In this document: one piece after another, positions 20,950 to 31,191 of the stretch
Layout of the letters: each line of letters begins with the position of its first letter
How positions within the stretch are numbered: position 1 is the stretch's first letter
Assembly (NCBI GenBank): GCA_963797555.1
Contig: CAWCPV010000006.1
Span: forward strand, 72,102-136,101
From: an uncultured Gammaproteobacteria bacterium
GTDB lineage: Bacteria > Pseudomonadota > Gammaproteobacteria > CAWCPV01
Reading direction: 5' to 3'
Length of the DNA: 64,000 nucleotides
Notes under the pieces: generated by a model
Database searches by the model: none
What the model was told of the DNA's origin: nothing
What the model saw: only the letters and a program-made list of their open reading frames with translations
Made by a program: the position numbers and the translations under genes

Positions 20950-22632
20950 ATGACCGGTGCCATCGCTACGCCAGAACCTTTGACGCTTACCGCGCGTATC
21001 GCCCAGATGTTTCCGACACTGACGCCCGCGCAGATCGAGCGCATCGGGGCGCACGGGCACCGGCATCCGATCCAACGCGGCGAGGTGCTCTTCGAAGCGG
21101 GGTCCGAGGTCATGCCGTTCTTCGTGGTCACGGAAGGTCAGATCGAGATCGTCCAGCCATCCGGCGCCACCGAGACGCTGATCGCGGTCCATGAACCGGG
21201 TCAGTTCACCGGCGAGATCCAAATGCTCTCGGGCCGCCGAGCGCTCGTCCGGGCGCGTGCCAGCGAGCCGGGCGAAGTGATCGAGCTGGATCGCGAGCAC
21301 CTTCTGGCACTCGTGCAGACCGACAGCGAGCTGAGCGAGATCATCATGCGCGCCTTCATCCTGCGCCGCGTGGAGTTGATCGCGCACGGGTTCGGAGACG
21401 TCGTGCTCATCGGGTCGACTCATTGCTCGGGAACGCTGCGCGTCAAGGAGTTCCTGACGCGCAACGGTCATCCCTACTCGTACATCGACCTCGACCGTGA
21501 CTCCAACGTCCAGGCCCTGCTCGACCGGTTCCATATCTCCGCCGCGGACGTGCCGGTGCTGATCTGGCGCGGCGACGTGGTGTTGCGGAGCCCGACCAAT
21601 CAGCAGATCGCCGATTGCCTCGGCTTTAACGCCGCGATCGACGAGACGCAGATACGCGACGTGGTCATCGTCGGCGCGGGACCCGCGGGGCTCGCGGCGG
21701 CCGTGTACGCCGCGTCGGAGGGGCTAGACGCCCTGGTGATCGAGACCAATGCGCCCGGGGGACAGGCCGGTTCGAGCTCGAAAATCGAGAATTACCTCGG
21801 CTTCCCGACGGGCATCTCAGGCCAGGCGCTCGCCGCCCGCGCGTACACACAGGCGCAGAAGTTCGGGGCCCAGGTGATTATCGCGAAAAGCGCCACGCGG
21901 CTGACGTGCGACCGCAAACCCTACGCCATCGAGATCGGTGAGGGTCCGCGCGTGACGACACGCACCGTCGTGATTGCGACGGGCGCCGAGTACCGGAAAC
22001 CGGCGATCGAGAACCTGTCGCGGTTCGAAGGGGCAGGCGTGTACTACGGCGCGACCTTCATGGAGGCGCAGTTGTGCGCCGGTGAAGAGGTGATCGTGGT
22101 GGGAGGCGGAAACTCGGCCGGCCAGGCCGCGGTTTTCCTCGCGCAGACAGCCAGGCGCGTGCACATGCTCGTCCGGTCGAGCGGGCTGGCCGAGAGCATG
22201 TCGCGCTACCTGATCCGGCGGATCGAAGAAAATCCCGCCATCGTCTTGCGAACGCAGACGGAAATCGTGACCCTCGAAGGCAGCGGCCATCTCGAACGCG
22301 TGCGCTGGCGCGAACATCGGTCCGGAAACGTCGAGACCCACGACCTCCGGCACGTCTTCTTCATGACCGGCGGCGTTCCCAACACGCAGTGGGTCGATAG
22401 CTGCCTCCTACGCGACGCGAAGGGATTCATCAAGACCGGATCCGAACTGACGCAGGACGACCTCGCCGCGGCGCATTGGCCGCTCGGCCGCGCGCCGCAC
22501 CTCCTGGAAACGAGCCTGCCCGGCGTGTTCGCGGTCGGCAACGTCCGGGCAGGAAGCATCAAGCGCGTGGCGTCCGCCGTCGGGGAGGGATCGATTACCA
22601 TCGCCTTCGTACACCAAGTACTCCGCGAGTAG
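20950..22632 (+). CDS. Cyclic-nucleotide-binding domain fused to a thioredoxin-reductase-like FAD/NAD(P) oxidoreductase
   Basis: The N-terminal cNMP-binding fold (GEVLFEAGSEVMPFFVVTEGQIEI...GQFTGEIQMLSGRRA) is followed by VVIVGAGPAGLAAAVYAASEG and VIVVGGGNSAGQAA dinucleotide folds. Confidence 0.85.
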   Translation: MTGAIATPEPLTLTARIAQMFPTLTPAQIERIGAHGHRHPIQRGEVLFEAGSEVMPFFVVTEGQIEIVQPSGATETLIAVHEPGQFTGEIQMLSGRRALVRARASEPGEVIELDREHLLALVQTDSELSEIIMRAFILRRVELIAHGFGDVVLIGSTHCSGTLRVKEFLTRNGHPYSYIDLDRDSNVQALLDRFHISAADVPVLIWRGDVVLRSPTNQQIADCLGFNAAIDETQIRDVVIVGAGPAGLAAAVYAASEGLDALVIETNAPGGQAGSSSKIENYLGFPTGISGQALAARAYTQAQKFGAQVIIAKSATRLTCDRKPYAIEIGEGPRVTTRTVVIATGAEYRKPAIENLSRFEGAGVYYGATFMEAQLCAGEEVIVVGGGNSAGQAAVFLAQTARRVHMLVRSSGLAESMSRYLIRRIEENPAIVLRTQTEIVTLEGSGHLERVRWREHRSGNVETHDLRHVFFMTGGVPNTQWVDSCLLRDAKGFIKTGSELTQDDLAAAHWPLGRAPHLLETSLPGVFAVGNVRAGSIKRVASAVGEGSITIAFVHQVLRE

Positions 22633-22642
22633 AGGAAACCCC

Positions 22643-22915
22643 ATGACATCCAGATCATCCTGCGCTCATCTCGGCGCCATTACGACGGTCACACACGCGA
22701 AACGCCGGGAGTGCGATGAGTGTGTGAAGATCGGCGCAAGATGGGTCCATCTGCGGACCTGTCAGGAGTGCGGCACGACGCTGTGCTGCGACGATTCGCC
22801 AAACCGCCACGCGACCAAGCACGCGCACGGCAGTGGGCACCCCGTGGTAGCCTCGGCGGAGCCCGGGGAGCGGTGGCTGTACTGCTATCCGGACGACGCC
22901 TTCGCGGAATACTGA
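22643..22915 (+). CDS. UBP-type zinc-finger protein
   Basis: CAHL...C(D)EC...WVHLRTCQECGTTLCCDDSPNRHATKHAHGSGHPV is the zf-UBP Cys/His pattern. Confidence 0.7.
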   Translation: MTSRSSCAHLGAITTVTHAKRRECDECVKIGARWVHLRTCQECGTTLCCDDSPNRHATKHAHGSGHPVVASAEPGERWLYCYPDDAFAEY

Positions 22916-22978
22916 AGTCAGGCGCAAATAAAGAAAGTGGGATTCTAGATCCGCCACAAAAAGGGCTTCCGCCTGCCG

Positions 22979-24307
22979 TCAGTTCGGCGCCGTCTTGGGG
23001 ATCGCGAAGGCCGGCACGCAGGTCAGCAACGTCAGTGCCGCGGAGATCAGGAACACGTAAGGACCCAGGAAACGATACAGCAGGCCCCCGGCGATCAAGC
23101 CGATGATGCTGGCCACGGCGGCCAGGCCCCCGGCGATCCCCTGAACTGCCCCCTGCACGTCACGGCCCGCGGATTTCGCCAGGACCGAGAGCAATGAGGG
23201 CCACATTACGCCGTTGCCGAGAGCGAGCAAGGCCGTGCCGATGTAGAGGGTCGCGGTACTGGCCGAACTGAAAAACGGGAAGCTGGCGGCCAGCACCAGG
23301 CTGCCGCCCAGGACCAGGGCACGGTCGGACCAAATTCTCGCGGCGCGCTTCAACACCGGACCCTGCACGAGCACCATCATGAAACTCATGGCCGAAAAAA
23401 ACACGCCGGTTTCGGCGAGCGACCAGTGGATCCCGGTGGCCGCGTACACCGGAAAGCTGACGTAAAACAAATTGAAGGCGAGGAACACCAGGAAGTACAG
23501 CGCGAGTAGCAACCCCACCGACGGCAGCGCCAGGATCTCGATGATCGACAGTTTCGGCGCGGCCGTCAGCCGAAAACGCGCCTTGTGATCCTGGCCGAGG
23601 ACCTTGCGCACACTGACCCCCTCCGGGTCGCTCCGCAATACGCAGGGATCGGTCTCCGGGAGCCACCAGGCGATCATCAGGCTCGCCACCACCGAGATGA
23701 CGAACGCGGCCAGGACTGGCAACGTCGCCCCCGCCAACGTCGCGCCCAGCGCGCCGGCGATCGCCGGCCCCAAAATGAACCCGAGGTTCGCCGACACCGC
23801 CATTTTGCCGAAATTGGCGCTGCGGTTCGTGTCATCGCTGATGTCCGCCAGGTAGGCGTTCGCAACCGACGCATTGCCTCCCGTGAGCCCGTCCAACGCC
23901 CGCGCGAAAAAAAGCACCACGAGCGGTGCCGTGAGCGTGAACGCGCCGAGCAGCGCGGAGTGCACTTCAAGCAAGGGCCGGACCGGAAGCCAGAGCGCCA
24001 CCAGAAAGATCCCCCAGGAGACGAGGGTCCCGACTTGACTCAGCAGCAGGATGCGCCGCCGCCCGTAGCGATCCGACCAACGCCCCAGCACCGGCGCGCC
24101 GAAGAGTTGGAAGATGGAGTAAGTCGCCCCCACGGCACCGTAGACGAGCGCGTCCCCCCCGAGCTTCGTGACGAGAAAGACCAGAAACGGCAGCACGATA
24201 CTGAAACCCAGAGTGCCGACGAAGTTGACTGCCAGGATCGGGTAGATCGACGTACGGCTGGACAGCTTGGTCCCGACTCCCTTCGCTGGGTCGGACCTGA
24301 CGATCAT
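22979..24307 (-). CDS. MFS transporter (12-TM, TetA/DHA1-like)
   Basis: MFS motif A region GRWSDRYGRRRILL and multiple TM helices. Start assigned to ATG 24307 (MIVRSDP...) rather than the upstream ORF extension. Confidence 0.8.
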   Translation of the reverse strand: MIVRSDPAKGVGTKLSSRTSIYPILAVNFVGTLGFSIVLPFLVFLVTKLGGDALVYGAVGATYSIFQLFGAPVLGRWSDRYGRRRILLLSQVGTLVSWGIFLVALWLPVRPLLEVHSALLGAFTLTAPLVVLFFARALDGLTGGNASVANAYLADISDDTNRSANFGKMAVSANLGFILGPAIAGALGATLAGATLPVLAAFVISVVASLMIAWWLPETDPCVLRSDPEGVSVRKVLGQDHKARFRLTAAPKLSIIEILALPSVGLLLALYFLVFLAFNLFYVSFPVYAATGIHWSLAETGVFFSAMSFMMVLVQGPVLKRAARIWSDRALVLGGSLVLAASFPFFSSASTATLYIGTALLALGNGVMWPSLLSVLAKSAGRDVQGAVQGIAGGLAAVASIIGLIAGGLLYRFLGPYVFLISAALTLLTCVPAFAIPKTAPN

Positions 24308-24671
24308 TGCGTCTGACGCCGCCCCTGATGATGAAAGAAGCTCAAGGGTGGGAAACGCCGAGAGAGGTCGCACAAGTTTTTGGCGGCTCGACCCCGCAGA
24401 ATAACGTGACCCGCCGACTCGTACCCCGGATTGCTGCCATAGAAAGCGCACGCCAAAAAGGCCGCCGGCGGCTCGCCGCCTTCAGGCTTATTCGGTCCCA
24501 GCATCCGCCGTGCCGGCGCCTGAAAGCCGAAGAACTGTTCGAAGCCCGTATCGGCCGCTTCGATGCCCGGCCGCTCTTAGCGCTCAAGGAGAAGCGCAAC
24601 AGCCTGCTCTTTCCTGCAGACCGTGGCTGGCGTTGATCTCATCGGCGCCATGCCTACCGGACCGGCAGGGG

Positions 24672-24833
24672 GGCCTGCTCCTGGTGGAGATCGTGCGCCG
24701 TATCAGCCTCTTCGGCTATGCGGACCACCCGGCTTCCTGGGTGGGCATCTGCCCCGGCAACGATGTATCTGCCGGCAAGCGCAAATCGGGACGCTCCCTG
24801 AATGGCAACCCCCAAGCCGATCCCTCTGCCTAG
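24672..24833 (+). pseudogene. C-terminal fragment of an IS110-family transposase
   Basis: HPASWVGICPGNDVSAGKRKSGRSLNGNP matches the conserved IS110 C-terminal motif. No upstream catalytic domain. Confidence 0.4.
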
Positions 24834-25149
24834 ACCAATAGCGGGCAGACTATTTCCTGCAGAACCGGACAGGTCTATTCGTTTGACGACACCACCCGCC
24901 GTTGGTCCGCCCGCGGTGGGCTGTTCGGCCAGCGCGGTCGCCGGGTACCCGGCAGTTCCCAGAAATGTCCGCGACCTTGCACTCCGGGTGAAAGATTCCC
25001 CGTCTAGCGCTCGCCGTTTCTGCTCGCCGGCGACCGTGGGTCGGAGCTTCGATTGGGGTATCATGGAGCGGGTCACGGCCCGATACTCATCCCGCAAACC
25101 GGGCTTGTGCGGCGTACGTACCTCACGGTCCTGCCCCACGAGATTGTTT

Positions 25150-26163
25150 ATGCTGGTCGCTCTCAGCCTGATCGGTGCCCTGCTCCTTATCCTCGCGGCT
25201 GCGGAAGTCTTCACCAACGCCTTGGAACATCTGGGAGAACGTCTCAACATCTCCGAGGGCGTGACGGGATCTGTTTTTGCGGCGGTCGCGACCGCGCTGC
25301 CGGAAACCACGGTGCCGCTGCTGGCGATATTTGGGGGAACGCCGGATCAACACCTCAACGAGGAGATCGGCGTCGGCGCCATACTGGGCGCACCGCTGAT
25401 GTTGTCCACGCTCGCCATGGGGCTCCTCGCCCTGTTCAGTCTGCGCAGTCGCGGCACGCGCGGAACGTTCGATCCGGAGCCAAGTGGTATCGAGCGGGAC
25501 CTGGATTTCTTTGTGCTGGCGTTCCTGTTGGCTGCGCTCGCCTTGTTTGTGCCCCACCATGTGAGCTTGCTGCGTGCGCTCCTAGCGATGGCCTTGGTGC
25601 TGACCTACTTCGTCTACCTTCTCCTCACCGTGAGGGCCTCGACCAAGCTAGTGGAAAGCGGCCACGGGACCCAAGCGCACGAATCCATGCTGCTGAGCAG
25701 GCTAGGTCTGCCCGAGAACCTCGCCACCATCATCTCCCAGCTTCTAGGAGGGCTGGCCCTCCTCCTGGCAGGAGCCAAGGGGTTCATACACGGGATACAG
25801 CAGGCATCTGCTCTACTCGGCGTGTCGGCCTTGCTGCTATCCTTGCTCATCATTCCGGTTGCGACGGAACTTCCCGAGAAAGTCAACAGCATCCTCTGGA
25901 TACGGCGCCGCAAGGACACACTCGCCTTCGCGAACGTCACCGGTGCCATGGTCTTCCAGGGAACGCTGCTACCCGCCATCGGCATCATGCTCACCCCTTG
26001 GGAAGCTCGCATTGAAGTGCTCACCGGCGTCCTCGTCACGCTGGCCGCTGCGTTGTGGCTGCGTCTGCGGGTTCGAGCGGGGCCCTTGTGCGTGTATCAC
26101 CTCGCGGTAAATGGGGTGCTGTACGTCACATACCTGACCATCACTCTTGCTTGGGGGCGCTGA
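25150..26163 (+). CDS. Sodium/calcium exchanger (CaCA family) membrane protein
   Basis: Two alpha-repeat-like regions (GVTGSVFAAVATALPET and LLIIPVATELPEKVNS). About 10 TM helices. Start set at ATG 25150. Confidence 0.7.
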   Translation: MLVALSLIGALLLILAAAEVFTNALEHLGERLNISEGVTGSVFAAVATALPETTVPLLAIFGGTPDQHLNEEIGVGAILGAPLMLSTLAMGLLALFSLRSRGTRGTFDPEPSGIERDLDFFVLAFLLAALALFVPHHVSLLRALLAMALVLTYFVYLLLTVRASTKLVESGHGTQAHESMLLSRLGLPENLATIISQLLGGLALLLAGAKGFIHGIQQASALLGVSALLLSLLIIPVATELPEKVNSILWIRRRKDTLAFANVTGAMVFQGTLLPAIGIMLTPWEARIEVLTGVLVTLAAALWLRLRVRAGPLCVYHLAVNGVLYVTYLTITLAWGR

Positions 26164-26195
26164 CAGCCCTCACCCGATTTACCTCCGCGAGGGGG

Positions 26196-27344
26196 TCAGT
26201 CGCACTCGTGATCCAGAGTTCCAACGTCTTCACCAGCCAACTGCCGTCTCACGATCTCGACGTCAAGGTCATGCAGGGTAAACGGGAAGGAGCGGATGTC
26301 CGAAGGGCTGGAATCGCCGTACGGGCGGTTGCAGGCAGAGACTTCGCGGTCTGTCTTTCCTGGACAGCCGGAGGTTCGGAACGGTTTCCCCGAACGGATG
26401 AGAGTCTCGACTTCGGCGGGGGAAAATCCGAAGTCCACCACTTGGCCCGCGGCGTTGAAGCGCATGTCCTCGACCCGGCCGCCGACATAATCGATGATGA
26501 AGCGCCCGAGCTGCACTCTGCGCCATTGATCTCTCGGGACCGGTCCCCAGTCTTCCATTAAGGAGCCCCGCTCGGGAAAGAAGGCAAATATGTGGTTGTG
26601 GCCGCCCATGTCGGTGATGCGTTGCGCCACCGTGAGAATCTCCTGCTCGGTCTCCCCCATCCCGCAGATGAGGTGGGCGCCGAAGCGCTCCGGGCCGAAG
26701 ATCTCCGCCGCCCACTCAATGGCCTGCCAATAGCGTTCCCAGGTGTGGGGGCTGTCCACGGTCTTTCCACGCGTGCGCTCGAAGATCTCTGGGGTGACGG
26801 CATCCAGGGCCACCGTGAAGATCTGCGCGCCCTCGTTGCGCAGGCGCACGATGTCGTCGTGGTTCAAAGTCGTCGGATTGGAGAGGATGGATACTGGAAC
26901 ATCGGGCACCTCCTTCATCCACCGCTTGAGCATCACCAATGTGTCGCAGTCCGAGTTGGGGTGCGTAATCATGGAGATACACATGCGCTCGAAAGCGCCA
27001 CCGTCGTGGCTGGACCGGACCCGCTCGATCACTTCCTCATAGCGCGCGGTGGGCCAGTCTACCCGGATGAAGTTCCGGTCGGCGTAATCCCGCGACTCCT
27101 CCCGATGACGCGCCAGTCCGCAGTAGCTGCAGTTGGCGCGACAGCCCTCCGGATAGGTTACCAAGAGGTTCAGGCAATGGGTGCAAGAGGTTCGGTGCAT
27201 GACGCCGGGCACGAGCCCCAGGGTGATCGCCGCCGCTGTCGACATCTGCACGTACTCTGGCGAGCGCATGTCAGGTGTCTTTACGTGGTAGTTCGGCCGA
27301 TAGAAATTCAGCGGCGCCACCAAGTTCTCAGCCGGTTTGCTCAT
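26196..27344 (-). CDS. Radical SAM protein, LipS1/LipS2-type lipoyl synthase component
   Basis: CX3CX2C motif (CRANCSYCGL). Operon context with a lipoate-protein ligase, a GcvH-like LbpA and a geranylgeranyl-reductase-like flavoprotein. SD GGAGGAG precedes ATG 27344. Confidence 0.65.
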   Translation of the reverse strand: MSKPAENLVAPLNFYRPNYHVKTPDMRSPEYVQMSTAAAITLGLVPGVMHRTSCTHCLNLLVTYPEGCRANCSYCGLARHREESRDYADRNFIRVDWPTARYEEVIERVRSSHDGGAFERMCISMITHPNSDCDTLVMLKRWMKEVPDVPVSILSNPTTLNHDDIVRLRNEGAQIFTVALDAVTPEIFERTRGKTVDSPHTWERYWQAIEWAAEIFGPERFGAHLICGMGETEQEILTVAQRITDMGGHNHIFAFFPERGSLMEDWGPVPRDQWRRVQLGRFIIDYVGGRVEDMRFNAAGQVVDFGFSPAEVETLIRSGKPFRTSGCPGKTDREVSACNRPYGDSSPSDIRSFPFTLHDLDVEIVRRQLAGEDVGTLDHECD

Positions 27345-27373
27345 GTCGCTCCTCCGCCACGTTCCCGTATCGC

Positions 27374-28480
27374 CTACGCGTCGAAATACTCCTCGAAGGC
27401 GATCCATCCGCGCCGCATGACGCTGTCCTTGTGGGCCGCGGACGTTCTCCAGCAGCCGTCCAGATAGCGGCGGGCACGGACCGCCCGCGACAGGGTGTTC
27501 TCGAACTGGTCGCGTAGGTCCTCCTCGAAGTGCTCGAGGGCCTTCTTCCCGCGGCCGCCGAGGAACTCCGCGACCGCCCGGCCTGCACTTTCCCCGGAGA
27601 CGACCGCCGCGGCAATGCCGGCACCCGTGATCGGATGGGTCAGGCCCGCCGCATCCCCTACGAACAAGGCCGCGCCCTCCACCAGCCGCGGGCGAAGCCC
27701 GCCTACTGGAATCGCACCGCCGGTGCGCGCAAGAGTTCTGTACTTGATGCGACCCTCAGCGGCCAACCGCCTCACCAGAGTATCGAGGGGCCCTTTGAGG
27801 TCGCGTTGAAAGCCTCTGTCCACCCCGATCCCGACGTTGGCGACCGCGCCCTTGGGAAACAGCCATGCATAGCCGCCCGGGAAAGCATCCGACAACCAGA
27901 TGTCCGTCTTTCTGTAGACGCTCGCCAGCGGAACACGGTACTGCCGGGTGTGAACCAGCGGCAAAGGGTCCAGCCCCATCAGCGCAGCCACGGAAGAACG
28001 CGGCCCGTCAGCCGCGATCAACGTCCTGTAGCCGAGCGCAGACGGCAGCCCGTCCGGCGGCCTCCGCACCCAGGCCACCTTCCTCACGCCATCAACGCCC
28101 TCCAGGACAACGCCCGCCATGAGGCGAGCTCCGGCACGGCACGCTCGGGCCGCGATGGCGCGATCGAAGGTCGGGCGGTCGATCATCAGGCCGGGGAACG
28201 GGGATGACTCCACGGCACCAGAGGGCAGCACCGTTTCCATTCCCTCGATGCGCTGCACTGTGACGCCGTCATCCTGTGCGAAGGGGGACATGGGCAGCGG
28301 GATGAACTCGGCGCACTGAACGGGTTCGCCCAACTGCCGCCGTTTCTCTATCCCCACGACCGCCAGTCCCGCCCGAGCCGCCACTGCGGCCGCGCTGGCA
28401 CCCGCCGGCCCCAGCCCGACCACCAGCAGGTCAACGGTGGACACGCCGCTCCGGAAATCCGGCATTAGCCAGCGCCGCAA
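27374..28480 (-). CDS. Geranylgeranyl-reductase-family FAD-dependent oxidoreductase (LipT-type)
   Basis: DLLVVGLGPAGASAA FAD fold plus a GDAAGLTHPITGAGI motif. An alternative start is at 28465. Confidence 0.65.
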   Translation of the reverse strand: MRRWLMPDFRSGVSTVDLLVVGLGPAGASAAAVAARAGLAVVGIEKRRQLGEPVQCAEFIPLPMSPFAQDDGVTVQRIEGMETVLPSGAVESSPFPGLMIDRPTFDRAIAARACRAGARLMAGVVLEGVDGVRKVAWVRRPPDGLPSALGYRTLIAADGPRSSVAALMGLDPLPLVHTRQYRVPLASVYRKTDIWLSDAFPGGYAWLFPKGAVANVGIGVDRGFQRDLKGPLDTLVRRLAAEGRIKYRTLARTGGAIPVGGLRPRLVEGAALFVGDAAGLTHPITGAGIAAAVVSGESAGRAVAEFLGGRGKKALEHFEEDLRDQFENTLSRAVRARRYLDGCWRTSAAHKDSVMRRGWIAFEEYFDA

Positions 28481-29513
28481 GGACCGGCGCTAGGAAGTCC
28501 TCACGGGTCATCAGGAGCATCTCGGCGGAATGGCTGTCGAAGAACCCGTGCAGCCGTGGCCGCAGCTGGGTCAGCGGAGTGTCGCGCAGCGCGGCCTCCA
28601 AGTCTAGAACCGCACGCCGCGGGTTGACGAAGAAGTCGCCGCTGTACCAGACCTGTTTAACGCACTCCTTGTGGGCGTCGTAGAGAACCTGAGCGCGCAG
28701 CGACCCCCCGGGGCAGCGATGCAGGGCCTCGAGCAGAGGCGCTTCAACCCGGGGCCGATCTGCGCACCATACCCAGTCCCGATGTCCGATCTCGGACAAT
28801 GCCTCTCGGTATCGCTCTTCCTCCGCGGCCATCAGACCACCCTCATCGAGCCGCACCCCGAACTCCTCCCGGAAGGCACCCGTCAGACAGCGCTGAACCT
28901 CTTCCAGGCCCACTTCCCGGCCCAGCAATTCCCGGAGGTTGGACACCCGCTCGCGCGCCGAGCGGATCGCTTTATGGTTGAGCTTCTCCGCCGGGACGCG
29001 TAGCGCGCACAGCATTTTCTGCACGTCGAACTCGACCAGCAGCGTCCCTTGGAACAGCAACGAGTCCCCGTCGAATGCTCCGCCTGTCCCGGACACCTTG
29101 CGGCCGGCAACCTCGATGTCGTTGCGGGGGCGATAGCACGCGTCCACGCCCAGACTCCGGATACCCCGTGCCGCCGCCTCGCACAGCCTGCGGGAGATCG
29201 CCGCCATGTCCCCGGTACCGAGCAGCGGCTTATCCAGGAAAAGCTCCCAGCCAAGCTGGGTCTCATCGAAGTAGATCGCTCCGCCACCGGTGATGCGCCG
29301 CTGAATCTCGACCCCATGGGAAACGCAGTACTCGACGTGCAGTTCCTGGGCGACATGTTGATGGAAGCCGACCAGTGCTGAGGGCGTGAAACGCAGGAAA
29401 CGCAACGTATACGGGGCATCCCCAGCCTGATGGCTCTCCAGGATGGCGCGGTCGAGGGCGATGTTCTCGGCCGCCGAGCGCAGGCCGGTATCGAGCAGTC
29501 GCCAAGCCTTCAC
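28431..29513 (-). CDS. Lipoate-protein ligase, sLpl(AB)-type
   Basis: WRLLDTGLRSAAENIALDRAILE...RRITGGGAIYFD is LplA-like. GTG start at 29513 has GAGGAG 8 nt upstream. The longer ORF extension overlaps the upstream gene. Confidence 0.75.
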   Translation of the reverse strand: MKAWRLLDTGLRSAAENIALDRAILESHQAGDAPYTLRFLRFTPSALVGFHQHVAQELHVEYCVSHGVEIQRRITGGGAIYFDETQLGWELFLDKPLLGTGDMAAISRRLCEAAARGIRSLGVDACYRPRNDIEVAGRKVSGTGGAFDGDSLLFQGTLLVEFDVQKMLCALRVPAEKLNHKAIRSARERVSNLRELLGREVGLEEVQRCLTGAFREEFGVRLDEGGLMAAEEERYREALSEIGHRDWVWCADRPRVEAPLLEALHRCPGGSLRAQVLYDAHKECVKQVWYSGDFFVNPRRAVLDLEAALRDTPLTQLRPRLHGFFDSHSAEMLLMTREDFLAPVLAALANAGFPERRVHR

Positions 29514-29541
29514 CGGCTTGGCTCCTCGGCCCGCCGAGGCG

Positions 29542-30720
29542 TCATAGCAGCGCGCGGCGAGTCCGGGCCACGACGGGTATCTCACCCAGGCGCCCCGAGC
29601 GAGGTAGAGATCGGTGCCGCCGCTCCTGCTCCAGGATCGACTGGAGATCGATCTCCACGGCTCCCTTGTCACTGTCCGTGGACATTAACCCTTCCGCCGC
29701 TGCCAAGGAGCAGCACGAGGCGCGCACCCGCACTGTCCGTCCCAGGCGTGCGGCCAACTCCACGACGCCTTCGGCCGGGTGGGCGATGCCGTCCAGCCCG
29801 GCCATGACCGCGTAGCTGTCGATCCGCTGCTTGGCCGTCCCCGGTGGACGGGCGCAACCGAGCAGCAGGGGCATGTCGGGCAGCGCTCCGCGGACATCCG
29901 TGAAGAACCGTCCCACCTGGTGGGTATCCGGGGTATCGAACGGGCGCTGCCGCGGCGCGTAAAAAGGCATGACCACCACCAAGACCAAGGCGTCCGGCCG
30001 ATGCCGCTGGACCATCTCCAGGGCAACCCACTCCCCGAGCAAGTGACCATAATGCAGGCCCAGGACAATGTGCGGCACCACCTTCATGCGAGTGGCCACC
30101 AGTGCCGCAAGGGTTTGCTCGAAGTCCTCTACGCTTCGCTTCAAATGGTAAACCTGGGTGATGGTATCCTGGGCACCGATCACGTCCATCATGGCCACAT
30201 CGATACCAGCATGCTCCATGGCGAGCGCCGTGTCCTCGTTTACCAGCGCCGTATGGACCGTGATGCGGAACTCCGGGAAGGAGTCCTTGATGCGCCGGAT
30301 GGTCGAGTAGAACGGCGCGTAGTGGACCTCGTTGCGACGGCTCGATCCCCCGGTCAGCAGCATACCCTGGGCGCCGTGGTCGACCAGCTCCGTGACCCTA
30401 TTCCACAGCTCCTGTGGCGTTCGTGCCGGGATCATCGGCCCCAAGACCTTGGCCTTACAGTGATCGCATTGGAGCTCACAGTCTCCGCCGGTGATGGAGA
30501 TCGCGGGCCAGGAAGCCTTGGCACAGGCGGACAGCTCGGAACTCTGGAATGTTTTGAACGTAGGAGTATAAAAGCAGATGGGCGGAAGTGGCTGTCCTGA
30601 TGGGCGTTGCCAGCGGGCCTGGATATCCGCGATGAGAGCCGGGTCTAGGCCCGCATCTTCCAGCGGCTCGACCCGCTGAACGACTTCGGGCCAGGGGGTC
30701 GCCGCGCCGTCAGCAGCCAC
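29542..30720 (-). CDS. Radical SAM protein, LipS1/LipS2-type lipoyl synthase component
   Basis: CX3CX2C motif (CELQCDHCKAK). GTG start at 30720 overlaps the end of the LbpA gene. Confidence 0.65.
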   Translation of the reverse strand: MAADGAATPWPEVVQRVEPLEDAGLDPALIADIQARWQRPSGQPLPPICFYTPTFKTFQSSELSACAKASWPAISITGGDCELQCDHCKAKVLGPMIPARTPQELWNRVTELVDHGAQGMLLTGGSSRRNEVHYAPFYSTIRRIKDSFPEFRITVHTALVNEDTALAMEHAGIDVAMMDVIGAQDTITQVYHLKRSVEDFEQTLAALVATRMKVVPHIVLGLHYGHLLGEWVALEMVQRHRPDALVLVVVMPFYAPRQRPFDTPDTHQVGRFFTDVRGALPDMPLLLGCARPPGTAKQRIDSYAVMAGLDGIAHPAEGVVELAARLGRTVRVRASCCSLAAAEGLMSTDSDKGAVEIDLQSILEQERRHRSLPRSGRLGEIPVVARTRRALL

Positions 30721-31147
30721 CGAAGCCCTCGGAGTCCATCTTGGCCTCGAAGGCGGTCAGTGCATCCCCGCCGGTCTTGAGGTCACCGGACTCCGCCCCC
30801 CAGTCGGTTGGCTTGATCTTCACTAGCCATCCCTCCCCGTAGGGACTCTGGTTAATCAGGCCGGGCTTGGCCTGCACCGCGTCGTTCACCGCGACAATGT
30901 CACCGCCCACGGGTGCTTTCACCGGCCCCACCCATTTCCCGGACTCCACCGTGGCGCAGGACTTGTCCTTCTTCACATCTTTGCCGACCTTCTTGGGAGT
31001 AAAGGACACTATCTGCCCAGCCAGGGAACCGGCGTATGCCGTAAGCCCGACGGTGACATTGCCGTCCGCCTCCCGACGCGCCCAGACGTTGCTCTCGATG
31101 TGATAGTGAAGGTCCTCCGGCAGATTGCACCCGCGCACAACACCCAT
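30710..31147 (-). CDS. GcvH-like lipoate-binding protein (LbpA-type)
   Basis: H-protein fold motifs: HYHIESNVWARRE, lipoyl-lysine region CATVESGKWVGPVKAP, and SPYGEGWLVKIKP. Confidence 0.8.
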   Translation of the reverse strand: MGVVRGCNLPEDLHYHIESNVWARREADGNVTVGLTAYAGSLAGQIVSFTPKKVGKDVKKDKSCATVESGKWVGPVKAPVGGDIVAVNDAVQAKPGLINQSPYGEGWLVKIKPTDWGAESGDLKTGGDALTAFEAKMDSEGFGGC

Positions 31148-31191
31148 GGGAACAGTCTCCTTGCTGGTTGGTTATTGTCCGGCAATCGCCC

